This document shows, piece by piece, positions 39,809 to 49,569 of a stretch of 64,000 nucleotides of DNA (position 1 is its first letter; each line of letters opens with the position of its first letter). Source of the DNA: Dehalococcoidia bacterium (GTDB lineage Bacteria > Chloroflexota > Dehalococcoidia > Lucifugimonadales > UBA3495); contig OZ242004.1 of assembly GCA_965204685.1 (NCBI GenBank), positions 1,226,615 to 1,290,614 on the forward strand, written 5' to 3'. A program made the position numbers and the translations under genes. The notes beneath the pieces are model-generated. The model made no database searches. It saw only the letters and a program-made list of their open reading frames with translations, and was not told where the DNA came from.

Positions 39809-40591
39809 ATGTCGATTAACTCAGACCCTTTCAACATAGACCGCCTCCCGCCAGTCACCGTCGCTGATGCCGGAAACGATCCGGTTCCCGGCCATGTGGC
39901 AATCATCATGGACGGCAACGGACGCTGGGCGGAGCGCCAGGGCCTACCGCGCCAAGCGGGTCACCAGCGCGGGGTGAGCAATATCCGGCGGATCGTCGAG
40001 TTGCTGGCGCAACGCGGCGTCCGTGTGGTTACGCTCTATGCCTTTTCGACGGAAAACTGGCGGCGGCCCACCGATGAAGTGGACAGCCTGATGGCGATCC
40101 TGGCGGAACAGATCGAGCCGCAAACCCGGGAGCTGCACAAAGCGGGGGTAAAGTTGGTCCATCTCGGTGACATTAGCCCGTTGGACCCCGCGCTCCAGGA
40201 ATCGATACGACAGGCGCAGGCCGTCACCAAGCACAACGACGGCATCACGGTCAACATCGCTTTCAATTACGGCGGCCGGGACGAGATCCTGCAGGCGGTG
40301 CGGCGGATGCTGTCCGACGGAGTGGTTCCCGAGGATGTGGACGAGACGCTGTTCAGCCGATACCTCTACACCGACGGCTGCCCGGATCCGGACTTGATAA
40401 TTCGCACCGGCGGCGAGCAAAGGCTCAGCAATTTCCTCATCTGGCAGGCGGCCTACAGCGAGTATTACCACACGCCGGCGCTCTGGCCGGATCTGGATGC
40501 GGACGAATTGGACCGCGCGCTGAGCGCTTACGGTCAAAGGCAGAGGCGTTTCGGCTCCCTGGATACCCAGGACCAAACCCCCGGAGCGTAA
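39809..40591 (+). CDS. uppS: isoprenyl transferase / undecaprenyl diphosphate synthase
   Basis: [22 protein letters not shown] and [20 protein letters not shown]. Confidence 0.95.
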   Translation: MSINSDPFNIDRLPPVTVADAGNDPVPGHVAIIMDGNGRWAERQGLPRQAGHQRGVSNIRRIVELLAQRGVRVVTLYAFSTENWRRPTDEVDSLMAILAEQIEPQTRELHKAGVKLVHLGDISPLDPALQESIRQAQAVTKHNDGITVNIAFNYGGRDEILQAVRRMLSDGVVPEDVDETLFSRYLYTDGCPDPDLIIRTGGEQRLSNFLIWQAAYSEYYHTPALWPDLDADELDRALSAYGQRQRRFGSLDTQDQTPGA

Positions 40592-40596
40592 AGCGG

Positions 40597-41634
40597 GTGC
40601 TGCTCCACCGGGTTCTGAGTGCCCTGGTGGGCGTGCCGGTGGTGTTGGTATGCATCTGGTTCGGCCCGCCTTGGATTACCCTCCTGGCGGCGGTCGCCGC
40701 AGTTATCGGCGTCAGGGAAGCGTACCGGCTGTATCCCGGCCGGGAGAGGGTATCCGAGAGCGACGATGACAGCGGCGACACGCCACTGCCGTTGCTGTTG
40801 GGCGGGACGTGGGCGGTGGCCCTGGTTCTGGCCGGCGAGCTGGCGGTGCGGCCGGAGGATTTCGGGTGGGCGGCGCTGGGCATCTGCATCGCCGGCGTGG
40901 TTGTGTCCGGTCTGTGGATGATTGCAGCCTGGCACGGACAGCGGACATTGGCCGCGGCGAGTTATCTGGTGCTTTCGCCCGTTTACATCGGAGGAGCGTT
41001 GGCGGCAGCGGCCGCGCTTCGGGGCATAGACGGGCTGCCCAGCCTGTGGCGGACGGAAGTTGAAGAACCGGCGCCGCCTTTGTCGGTTCCTCCAATCGTC
41101 GAAGATGACGGTCTTGGTGAAGCGTTCGAGTCGGTTTACCAAGTCCCGGCCGACGACGGGGGAGCCTGGTTGCTGCCGGACATAATCGGTTCCGATTTCG
41201 CCCGGGAGTTGACCGTCCTCACGGAAACCGGGTGCTGGTGGCTCCTTCTGGCGATCCTCACCGTGTACGCGGCGGACACCGGGGCCTACGCCGTGGGGCG
41301 GCTCATCGGCCGGCATCGCCTGGCGCCCGGCATCAGTCCGGGGAAAACCTGGGAGGGAACGGCCGGGGGGATGCTGTTCGCGGTTATCGCCGCGGTTGTG
41401 CTGGGCGCGCTGTTTCCGCTGCGACTGGAGATTTGGCACTTGGCGGTAATCGGTGTTATTTTAGGCTTCGTATCGCCCATAGGCGATCTGGTCGAATCCA
41501 AAATCAAACGGTTGGCTGGCGCCAAGGACTCCGGCAACCTGTTTCCCGGCCACGGCGGGATGTTGGATCGGTTGGACAGCCTTCTTCCGTCCCTAATCGC
41601 GGTGTACGTCCTGGCCGCCGTGAGTACCCCTTAA
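40597..41634 (+). CDS. cdsA: phosphatidate cytidylyltransferase
   Basis: C-terminal signature SKIKRLAGAKDSGNLFPGHGGMLDRLDS. GTG start. Longer than is usual for CdsA. Confidence 0.85.
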   Translation: MLLHRVLSALVGVPVVLVCIWFGPPWITLLAAVAAVIGVREAYRLYPGRERVSESDDDSGDTPLPLLLGGTWAVALVLAGELAVRPEDFGWAALGICIAGVVVSGLWMIAAWHGQRTLAAASYLVLSPVYIGGALAAAAALRGIDGLPSLWRTEVEEPAPPLSVPPIVEDDGLGEAFESVYQVPADDGGAWLLPDIIGSDFARELTVLTETGCWWLLLAILTVYAADTGAYAVGRLIGRHRLAPGISPGKTWEGTAGGMLFAVIAAVVLGALFPLRLEIWHLAVIGVILGFVSPIGDLVESKIKRLAGAKDSGNLFPGHGGMLDRLDSLLPSLIAVYVLAAVSTP

Positions 41635-41654
41635 ATCGACCCGGAAGCGAACAC

Positions 41655-42782
41655 ATGCGGCGCATCGTCATTCTCGGCTCCACCGGCTCAATCGGCCGAC
41701 AAACGCTGGACATCGTGCGGGCGTTCCCCGACGAGTTTCAGGTGGTGGGACTGGCCGCCGGAAACAACACCGCCTTGCTCCTGGAACAGGTGGCCGAGTT
41801 CGCTCCCGATTACATCTGGTGCTCCAACCCGCCGGACGACCCGCCCGACGGGACAAAAATGCTGCCCATGGCGGAAATGGCGTCGCTGCCCGAGGTGGAC
41901 CAGGTCATGGTCGCGTTGATGGGAGCCGTTGGCCTGACGCCGACGCTGAGCGCCCTGCGCGCGGGGAAGCAGGTCGCGCTGTCCAACAAGGAACCCATCG
42001 TCATGGCGGGTCAGGTCCTCAAGGAGGCGGAAGCCGCCTACGGCGGGGTGATTCTGCCCGTGGACAGCGAGCCCAGCGCCATCTGGCAGTGCCTGCAGGG
42101 GGAAGACAACCACATCCGGCGCCTGATGATCACCGCCAGCGGCGGCCCGTTCCGGCGCACGCCGCTGGACGAACTGGACACGGTCACCCCCGAGCAGGCG
42201 CTCCGGCATCCGACCTGGCGCATGGGCGACAAGATCACCATCGACTCGGCCACGCTGATGAACAAGGCTTTCGAGGTGATTGAATCCCATTGGCTCTTTA
42301 CCGTGCCCTGGGAAGACATCGCCGTGGTGGTGCATCCCCAGAGCACCATACACTCCATGGTCGAGTTCGACGACGGGTCGGTGAAGGCGCAGTTGGGGCC
42401 GCCCAGCATGCGTCTCCCCATACAGTACGCTCTCTTTCACCCCAGGCGCTTTGCCAACGACGAGATACCCCGCCTGGACATTGGCGCCCCCTGGTCCCTG
42501 GACTTCGAGCCGCTGGAGCCGAAACGCTTCCCTTGCTTTGACCTGGCGGTGTCCGCCGGCAGGACGGGCGGAACCATGCCCGCGGTGCTCAGCGCTGCGG
42601 ATGAAGTGGCGGTGCAGGCTTTCCTTGCCGGGAGCATCCGCTATACCGACATCTACCGCCTGGTCGAGCGCGTCCTCGGCGAGCACGTATCGCAGCCGTC
42701 GCCCGACCTGGATGCTATAGTAGAGGCAGACCGCTGGGCCAACCTGCGCGCTGCCGAGATCGTGAGCAGCGGGATGAATTAA
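41655..42782 (+). CDS. dxr: 1-deoxy-D-xylulose 5-phosphate reductoisomerase
   Basis: MRRIVILGSTGSIGRQTLDIV... is canonical Dxr. The track ORF 41232.. N-terminal extension overlaps cdsA and is Arg/Gly-rich. Confidence 0.95.
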   Translation: MRRIVILGSTGSIGRQTLDIVRAFPDEFQVVGLAAGNNTALLLEQVAEFAPDYIWCSNPPDDPPDGTKMLPMAEMASLPEVDQVMVALMGAVGLTPTLSALRAGKQVALSNKEPIVMAGQVLKEAEAAYGGVILPVDSEPSAIWQCLQGEDNHIRRLMITASGGPFRRTPLDELDTVTPEQALRHPTWRMGDKITIDSATLMNKAFEVIESHWLFTVPWEDIAVVVHPQSTIHSMVEFDDGSVKAQLGPPSMRLPIQYALFHPRRFANDEIPRLDIGAPWSLDFEPLEPKRFPCFDLAVSAGRTGGTMPAVLSAADEVAVQAFLAGSIRYTDIYRLVERVLGEHVSQPSPDLDAIVEADRWANLRAAEIVSSGMN

Positions 42783-42803
42783 CCGGCCACGCGGGCCAGA
42801 GTT

Positions 42804-44201
42804 ATGGACACGTGGATAATCGCGGTGGCGTCGTTCGTGCCGATGCTGCTGCTTCTGGTGGTGGTGCACGAACTGGGGCACTTCTGGTCGGCCCGGGCTT
42901 TTGGGATCAAGGTGCTGGAATTTGGCGTCGGCTACCCGCCCCGGGCCTTCGGACTCTACACCGGCCGCACCGAGACGCTGCTGCTCCCCACCACGGTTTG
43001 CCTCAACGGAGTGATGGGCTCCATTCGCCCGGGCCAGGTGATTCGCGTGCTGTCCGGCGAAAACGACGACGGGCAGTTGGTCGCGCGTTACATTGAGCTG
43101 CGAGAACCGGGTCGAGCCGGGGGAATCCTCGGCTCCCTGGCCGGATTGGCGGGATTCGGACGCCGGCCCCAGGATGCGGAACTTGGAACGCAGTCCGCCC
43201 GCAGGCGATTGGACGACGTACAGACTGATGAGTTCCTCCGCCATGAGGGCCGCGTTCGAGAGGTGTTGCCCGACCGCGTCGTTCTGGCCGATATGATTTA
43301 CTCCGTCAACTGGCTCCCGTTGGGCGGGTTCGTCAGGCTGTCGGGGGAGAACAACCCCGCCGCGCCCGGAAGCCTGGCGCGGAGAGGCCTGGGCCAGAGG
43401 GCCATCGTGCTGGCGGCCGGGTCGGCCATGAACGCGCTGTTCCCGATTGTGGCGTTCGCCATCATGTTCATGGTTCCGCACACGGAGATGGTCGGCGGGT
43501 CGGCGGAGATCACGTCGGTTGCGCCGAATTCACCGGCGGAAGCCGCGGGCCTGCTGCCCGGCGACCGCGTGGTGCAAGTGGGTGACCAGCCGCCGGGGAC
43601 GCCGCAGGAATTGCCCCGGGAGGTTCGCCTGGCGGCCGGCGCCGAGATGACCTGGGTGATCGAACGAGGCGGGCAGCAGCGGGTGGCCCAGGTCACGCCG
43701 CGAGTGGACCCGCCGCCGGGCCAGGGCGCGGTCGGGATCACTTTCTCCATAGTTGACCAGCAGGAGGTCCGCCGCATCGAACCCCCCTGGACTGCGGCAC
43801 GCCTGGGGGTCACCAGCACCTGGGACATGCTGACCCTGATGGGCAGGGAGATCCGCGGCTGGTTCGGCGGAGGACGGGGGCCGGAGCTGAGCGGACCCAT
43901 CGGCATCGCCCAGATCACCGGCGAGGTGACCCGTCAGGGCGGGCTCCAGGGCTGGATGCTGGTGGCAATCCTGTTGAGCATCAACCTGGCGGTGCTCAAT
44001 ATACTGCCCATCCCCATGCTGGACGGCGGGCGTCTGCTGTTCGTGTTCATCGAATGGGTACGTGGGGGCAAACGGGTGCCGTCAGACAAAGAGGGGCTGG
44101 TCCACCTGATCGGATTTGTGGCCCTGCTGGCGCTGGTCATCGCCATCTCGGCGAACGACATCATGCGGCTGGTGCGCGGAATTTCCCCTTTGGGCGGATG
44201 A
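42804..44201 (+). CDS. rseP: RIP metalloprotease RseP (site-2 protease, M50)
   Basis: HELGHF zinc motif, a PDZ-like middle region and a C-terminal NxxPxxxLDGG motif (NILPIPMLDGG). Confidence 0.9.
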   Translation: MDTWIIAVASFVPMLLLLVVVHELGHFWSARAFGIKVLEFGVGYPPRAFGLYTGRTETLLLPTTVCLNGVMGSIRPGQVIRVLSGENDDGQLVARYIELREPGRAGGILGSLAGLAGFGRRPQDAELGTQSARRRLDDVQTDEFLRHEGRVREVLPDRVVLADMIYSVNWLPLGGFVRLSGENNPAAPGSLARRGLGQRAIVLAAGSAMNALFPIVAFAIMFMVPHTEMVGGSAEITSVAPNSPAEAAGLLPGDRVVQVGDQPPGTPQELPREVRLAAGAEMTWVIERGGQQRVAQVTPRVDPPPGQGAVGITFSIVDQQEVRRIEPPWTAARLGVTSTWDMLTLMGREIRGWFGGGRGPELSGPIGIAQITGEVTRQGGLQGWMLVAILLSINLAVLNILPIPMLDGGRLLFVFIEWVRGGKRVPSDKEGLVHLIGFVALLALVIAISANDIMRLVRGISPLGG

Positions 44202-44266
44202 CCCGGATAGAGCTGCCACAGGCGACTCTGGTAGCGTTCCGTTTTAGATGGTTTGGTTGCCAATCC

Positions 44267-44329
44267 GTCACTCCGGCGAAAGCCGGAGTCCAGAAAGCGC
44301 TACTGGATTCCGGCTTTCGCCGGAATGAC
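44267..44329. repeat. 63-nt cruciform palindrome of the 'IPAFAGMT'-type repeat
   Basis: GTCACTCCGGCGAAAGCCGGAGTCCAG (44267-44293) is inverted against CTGGATTCCGGCTTTCGCCGGAATGAC (44303-44329). Each arm holds its own CCGGC-GAAA-GCCGG hairpin. Lies between the convergent rseP and DLH genes. Confidence 0.85.
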
Positions 44330-44448
44330 GAGAAAGTTGGATCGACTAAATTGCAACGCTACCGGCGGCTCTCCGGGTATTGACTGGGCAGAGTATGGCC
44401 CCCGCGCCAGCGACGCGGGGGCCGTAGAACCCGAGGGTATGGTTGCGC

Positions 44449-45237
44449 TTACTTCAGGTGCTCGTTGAAGAAGGCGAGGGTGCGGGCTTGGGCGTCTTCC
44501 GCGGCGGCCTGATTGTAGCTGTCGCGGTCGTCGCAGTTGAAGCCGTGGCCGGCGCCGGGATACATCTTGAAGTCGTAGGACTTGCCGGCCGCATCCAGCG
44601 CCGCTTCGATCTGCGAGACGTCGGCGGGGGTCGGATTGCCGTCGGTTTCACCGAAGTTGCCCATCAGCGGGATGCTGATGCGCGCGGTGCCGTCAATGGG
44701 GGTCACGCCGTCGCTGTAGGGCGCGAGAATGGCGCCGCCGTAGTAGCAAACGCCGGCGGACAGACCGTCGCAGGAACTGGCAGCCAGATAGACCACGCGC
44801 CCGCCCATGCAGTAACCGACGATTCCGATTTTCTGGCCGCGCGTGCGCGGGTAGGTGCGCTGCAGGTAGTCGACGGTGGCGTTGATGTCGGCAATGATGC
44901 CCTGGCCGCTCAGGGCGGGCATGTAGGTGTTGATGGCGGCGTCGAAGTCGTCAGGAGTGTAGCCCAGCATCGGGTTGGGGTTGCGCTCGTTGCGGTGGAA
45001 CAAGGCCGGCGCCACGGCGACGTAACCCGCAGCGGCGAAGCCGTCGGCCACCCGCTGGATGTGCTGGTTCACCCCGAAAGCTTCCTGCACGACGATGATG
45101 GCCGGCAGGCTGGTGCCAGCGCTGGGGGCCGGGAAGCTGACGTAGGCGGCCATGTCGCCGGCCTCGGCGATATTGGCTCCGGACTCGCGGTCTTCCTCGG
45201 GGTCGGGCATTCGGATGTTTTCCCAGAACGACGGCAT
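44449..45237 (-). CDS. dienelactone hydrolase family protein
   Basis: 262 aa starting at MPSFWEN (ATG 45237, GGAGGAGG RBS). Nucleophile region GIVGYCMGG. The 521-aa track ORF is a read-through artefact. Confidence 0.88.
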   Translation of the reverse strand: MPSFWENIRMPDPEEDRESGANIAEAGDMAAYVSFPAPSAGTSLPAIIVVQEAFGVNQHIQRVADGFAAAGYVAVAPALFHRNERNPNPMLGYTPDDFDAAINTYMPALSGQGIIADINATVDYLQRTYPRTRGQKIGIVGYCMGGRVVYLAASSCDGLSAGVCYYGGAILAPYSDGVTPIDGTARISIPLMGNFGETDGNPTPADVSQIEAALDAAGKSYDFKMYPGAGHGFNCDDRDSYNQAAAEDAQARTLAFFNEHLK

Positions 45238-45452
45238 AGTATTTCCTCCTCCATTGGTTGCGCGAACTACAATGATACGGCGGCTCAGCGGGGGCAGAAC
45301 ACGCTCGTCCGCGAGCGGTATCTTTCGTGCGCCGGAATTGTAACAAAGGATTGCGGGCCAAACAAGCAGGTTGCCGCCGGGCGGATACGGCGCAGGCTCG
45401 TGTTGAGCGCCCGGCTGGCCGGCCTTCAGGCCCTGCCGGGCGGCCCAACTGA

Positions 45453-46736
45453 TCAGGCCGTGTGGCGTCGGCGACCGATGGCATCCGCTATCCACATGGC
45501 GCATACGGAGGCCACGGTCAGGAACGCGGACAGGATGAACGCCTGCACGTAATCGCCCTGCAGATCGAACATCAGGCCGGCTATGATCGGTCCCAGAAAA
45601 ATAGCTGCTCCCCGGCCCATCTCGACGAACCCCATCACGGTGCCCAGCGTCTCGCTGGGAAATATGTCCGCCGCCTTCGCGCCGATGATCAGGCCGCTGA
45701 TGCCGTCGGTTAGCCCCGCCAGGGCGACGTAAATGGCCAGGGGCCAGAAGCTCCGGCCGTCGCCCAGCCAAAGCACCAGTAGTACGGCTCCGGCCGCAAC
45801 GCTCATCCCGACGGTGTAGACCGACTCGCGCCCCCAGCGGTCGGTGGCCAGTCCTACCAGGGGTCGAGCGAACACGCTCACCAGACCCACGGCGCCCAGG
45901 GTGTTCGCCGCGGTTTGTACGCTGTAACCGGCTAATACGAAGAAGGTGACCAGGTGGACCCGTATCATCTGCGTCCCGGTGGAGCCGAAGACGCGGGTCA
46001 GGACCAGCAGCCACATCGCCGGGTCGCGGACTGCGTTTCCCAGGGTCGGCGTTGCCCCGCTCTCGGTCCGGTCAGAACGGGCTCCCGAAGTTAGCGAACC
46101 GGGTTGGGGCCGGGATGCGGCTGCTGTCGCCGGCGGAACCGGCGCAGTTTCCGGCGGACGGCGCTGCAACAGACCGTTGGGCACCGCGATCAACACGGCG
46201 AAAATCACGCCGTAAATGCGGTAGGCCCACCGCCATCCCAACGCGGTTGTCAGGGCTCCGGCCAGCGGAGCAAAGACCGCCTGGCCGATGGGGTTGCCGC
46301 TGTCCGCCAGTCCCAGCATACGACCGCGCGTTTGCGGAAACCAGGGGGCGACGGTGGCGGTCATCGAAAACGACGAAATGGCCGTGTGGCCGATCCCGGC
46401 AAACACGCTGTACAGGATGAACATCTGCCACAGGTCGGTGGTGTAGCTGGACGCAATCCAGCCGAAGAGGATGAATAGTCCTGCCACCGGGAAGAGGATC
46501 CGCGCGCCCCATCGGTCCAGCAGGATGCCCAGCAGCGGCGCGCTGATGGCGCCGATGAGACCAGCCAGGGAAAATACCGCCGAGGTGTAAGTTGCGCTGC
46601 GACCGAAAGCGTCTTTCAGCGCGTTGAAGTAGACGGCCTCGCTGTTCTTGGTGCCGCCCTCAACGGTGAGGTTGCCCAGCGACAGGACGAATATCACCCA
46701 GCCGTAATGCAGGCGGGCGCGGGCCGCGTTCAGCAC
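45453..46736 (-). CDS. MFS transporter
   Basis: 427 aa, about 12 predicted hydrophobic helices, MFS loop motif (LDRWGAR). Confidence 0.85.
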   Translation of the reverse strand: MLNAARARLHYGWVIFVLSLGNLTVEGGTKNSEAVYFNALKDAFGRSATYTSAVFSLAGLIGAISAPLLGILLDRWGARILFPVAGLFILFGWIASSYTTDLWQMFILYSVFAGIGHTAISSFSMTATVAPWFPQTRGRMLGLADSGNPIGQAVFAPLAGALTTALGWRWAYRIYGVIFAVLIAVPNGLLQRRPPETAPVPPATAAASRPQPGSLTSGARSDRTESGATPTLGNAVRDPAMWLLVLTRVFGSTGTQMIRVHLVTFFVLAGYSVQTAANTLGAVGLVSVFARPLVGLATDRWGRESVYTVGMSVAAGAVLLVLWLGDGRSFWPLAIYVALAGLTDGISGLIIGAKAADIFPSETLGTVMGFVEMGRGAAIFLGPIIAGLMFDLQGDYVQAFILSAFLTVASVCAMWIADAIGRRRHTA

Positions 46737-46834
46737 GAGCTTGCCTAGAGTCCGAACCTGCGGGTGTCACGGCCGACGGGCGCAAAAGCCGATTGGAGCA
46801 TCGCGCGATTATACACGGCGGCCGCGCTAATCTT

Positions 46835-46905
46835 ACATTGATGCACAGGATGGACAGGATTTGATTGATTATCGCCAGCATCCTATTCATCCTGGCCATC
46901 GATGT
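46835..46905. repeat. CAGGAT-rich palindromic intergenic element (variant family, copy E)
   Basis: ACATTGATGCACAGGATGGACAGGAT... is inverted against ...ATCCTATTCATCCTGGCCATCGATGT. Arms match at roughly 80% by hand alignment. Confidence 0.75.
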
Positions 46906-46932
46906 AAAAGACAAAATGGTTGCGCGTGAAGG

Positions 46933-48201
46933 TCAGCCCCCGGTGGCGGACGGAGCCGGCTCGGGCAAGGCCGCCGTTCGGCTGGAGAGGCCGTGTTTCA
47001 TGATCAGGCCGGCGCCGCACAACGACAAGGATGCGAAGCTCACCACAATCAGCGACAGCCTCAGGTCTCCCGTCAACTCCTGGATAATGCCGGCGATCAG
47101 CGGCCCCAGCGCGATACCCGCAGAACTGCTCATCTGGATGAAGGCCAGGCTCACGGCGATCTCGCGCGGGCGTATTCCGGGCAGGTTGAAGGGCACCGAA
47201 TAGAGAACGGGCCAAAAGCCCCAGGCTATCCCATTGACGATAGTGAGCGCCAATAACACCGGCAGCGACCCGGTGAGGGTCATGGCCGCAAAGGTGACGG
47301 CCATCACCGCGCCGGTTCCCAGCAAGACGGTCCGTCCTTGATCCGAGACCATGACCAGCCAACCGAAGCCCAACCCGCAAACGCCGCCCACGAAGATGCC
47401 CACCGCCAATATGCCTCCAGACCAGATCAGGGACATCTGGTAGGTGTCCAGCATCAGGGTGGGATAGAAGCTGAGGAATCCGGACCACGACATGGTGGCC
47501 CCGACGAACCCGAGGCCGCCGATCCACAGGTCGCGGTAACGCAGCGCGCCCTTGAGAACATTCACGTCCTGGGAGCCCAGGCGTTGCCGGTATTCGGCGG
47601 TGACCCTTTCTCGCCCGAATACGAGCCAGAGTATCGTCAACACGCCGAAAAGACCGACGAACCAGAGAAGGGTTGCCCGCCAGTCGTCACCCAGGGCGAC
47701 GAGAATAAACGGCGCGCCGGCCACTCCCCCGCCCACCACCAGGCCGAACATGGCGTTGGAGATGCTGTTCACCAGCACCACCTGCCGCTGTGGGAACCAT
47801 TGCTGGGTCAGCAGCGCCCGCGCCGGTTGCCGGGCGATCACGCTCACGCCGAAGGCCACCCGACCCAACAGCAGTAACACGAAGCCGGGGGAAAGGGACT
47901 GGGCCAGCAGAAACAGCGTTCCCAGCGCCAGGGTGATCGAGGTGAGTATCCTCGGGGAAAAACGGGAAGCCCACCAGCCGATGGGAATGGCCAGCACCAG
48001 GTTTCCCCAATATGCGGAGGAACCCAGCATTCCCTGTTGGAAAGGCGACAGCCTGAGCTCGGCGCTGATTGCCGGCAGCAGGATGCCGATGGTGGACATG
48101 ATCATGAAGCCGGCCACGCTTGCGGTGAGCCAGATGCCCATGACCACCCAGCGGTAGGCCGGGAACTCCTGGGGCGAATTTCCGGTGGCGGTGGTGCTCA
48201 T
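46933..48201 (-). CDS. MFS transporter
   Basis: Polytopic MFS-like protein. Start placed at ATG 48201 (MSTTATGN...) to avoid overlap with the lhgO 3' end. Confidence 0.85.
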   Translation of the reverse strand: MSTTATGNSPQEFPAYRWVVMGIWLTASVAGFMIMSTIGILLPAISAELRLSPFQQGMLGSSAYWGNLVLAIPIGWWASRFSPRILTSITLALGTLFLLAQSLSPGFVLLLLGRVAFGVSVIARQPARALLTQQWFPQRQVVLVNSISNAMFGLVVGGGVAGAPFILVALGDDWRATLLWFVGLFGVLTILWLVFGRERVTAEYRQRLGSQDVNVLKGALRYRDLWIGGLGFVGATMSWSGFLSFYPTLMLDTYQMSLIWSGGILAVGIFVGGVCGLGFGWLVMVSDQGRTVLLGTGAVMAVTFAAMTLTGSLPVLLALTIVNGIAWGFWPVLYSVPFNLPGIRPREIAVSLAFIQMSSSAGIALGPLIAGIIQELTGDLRLSLIVVSFASLSLCGAGLIMKHGLSSRTAALPEPAPSATGG

Positions 48202-48256
48202 CTGGTCAGGATAGAAGTGTCCGCCGCTGGCTGCCCTGGGTCCGTCGGCAGCGCGT

Positions 48257-49510
48257 TCAGGCGGTTGCCAGGCTGAAGTCCTCAACCGCCATGTCCGTCA
48301 GATATTCCCCGATGGCCAGCGACGAGGTCGCGCCCGGCGACGGCGCGTTCAGCACGTGGAGCGCCCGCCGTCCCCGCAGGATATGGAAGTCGTCCAGGAT
48401 CGCCCCCGACGTGGATACGGCCTGCGCGCGCACGCCGCTGCCGCCCGGCTCCAGGTGCTCGGCGCGGATTTCGGGGATCAGCTTCTTGAGATCGTTGACG
48501 AACACGGACTTGCTGTAGGACCGGTGCATTTCCTGCATGCCCGTCTTCCAGTGTCGCGCCGTCATCTTCCAGAACCCGGGGAAGGTCAGCGCGCCGGCCG
48601 TCTCTCCGACGCTGATGTTGCTCTTGCGGTAGCCCTCCCGCGCCCACGCCAGCACCGCGTTGGGGCCGGCCTCCACGTAGCCGTGGATGTTCCGCGTGTA
48701 GTGCACGCCCAGGAAGGGGAACCGCGGATCGGGCACCGGATAGATGAGCCCTTTCACCAGGTCTTCGCTGGCCGGCGTCAGCTTGTAGTACTCCCCGCGG
48801 AAGGGAATGATGCGCACGTCGGTCTCCTCGCCCATCATCCGCGCCAGCTTGTCCGCGTACAGGCCGCCGCAGTTGATGACGTGTCGCGCCTGGACGGCGC
48901 CCCGCTGCGTCTCCAGGGCAGTGCCGGAGCCGGTTTGCCGGGACCGGATCACCGCCGCGCCGGTGAAGATGTCGCCCCCCGCGGACTGGAACTTGCCGGC
49001 GTAGGCGTTGGCCACCCGCACGTAATCGACGATGCCGGTGTGCGGAGCCCACAGCGCCCGGACGCCAGTGGTGTGGGGCTCGATCTCCTGCAATCGCTCA
49101 GGGCCTACCATCTCGAGGTCGGGGACGCCGTTGGCGACGCCGCGCTCGTACAGGTCGTCCAGGCGTCCCAATTCGCTCTCGTGGGTGGCGACGATCACCT
49201 TGCCGCACGGATCGTACTCGATCTCGTTTTCGTCGCAGAACCGGATCAGCCGGTCCTTGCCGCCCACGCAGAACCGCGACTTCCACGAGCCGGGCCGGTA
49301 GTAGATGCCGGAGTGAATGACGCCGCTGTTGTGACCCGTCTGGTGCTGGGCCAACTGCTCCTCTTTCTCGATCACCGCCACCTTCAGGTCCGGCGAACGT
49401 TCCAGCAACTGCATGGCCGTGGACAACCCGATGATGCCGCCGCCCACGATGGCCACGTCGTACTGCCGCTCTTCCACCGAGTTGGAACTACTGTTGTTTG
49501 ATGTGGTCAT
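48257..49510 (-). CDS. lhgO: L-2-hydroxyglutarate oxidase-like FAD-dependent oxidoreductase
   Basis: YDVAIVGGGIIGLSTA... and QTGHNSGVIHSGIYYRPGS, typical of LhgO. Confidence 0.88.
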   Translation of the reverse strand: MTTSNNSSSNSVEERQYDVAIVGGGIIGLSTAMQLLERSPDLKVAVIEKEEQLAQHQTGHNSGVIHSGIYYRPGSWKSRFCVGGKDRLIRFCDENEIEYDPCGKVIVATHESELGRLDDLYERGVANGVPDLEMVGPERLQEIEPHTTGVRALWAPHTGIVDYVRVANAYAGKFQSAGGDIFTGAAVIRSRQTGSGTALETQRGAVQARHVINCGGLYADKLARMMGEETDVRIIPFRGEYYKLTPASEDLVKGLIYPVPDPRFPFLGVHYTRNIHGYVEAGPNAVLAWAREGYRKSNISVGETAGALTFPGFWKMTARHWKTGMQEMHRSYSKSVFVNDLKKLIPEIRAEHLEPGGSGVRAQAVSTSGAILDDFHILRGRRALHVLNAPSPGATSSLAIGEYLTDMAVEDFSLATA

Positions 49511-49569
49511 TACTGATGCTCCGTACCCGGTGGTGGGGTCGTTTTCTGGAATGGCGACCGTGAAGATCG

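Noticed and set aside
45238-46014. N-terminal 259 aa of the 521-aa ORF 44449..46014
   Set aside because: It overlaps the MFS transporter gene and is Arg/Gly/Pro-rich. The dienelactone hydrolase has its own ATG (45237) with a GGAGGAGG RBS.
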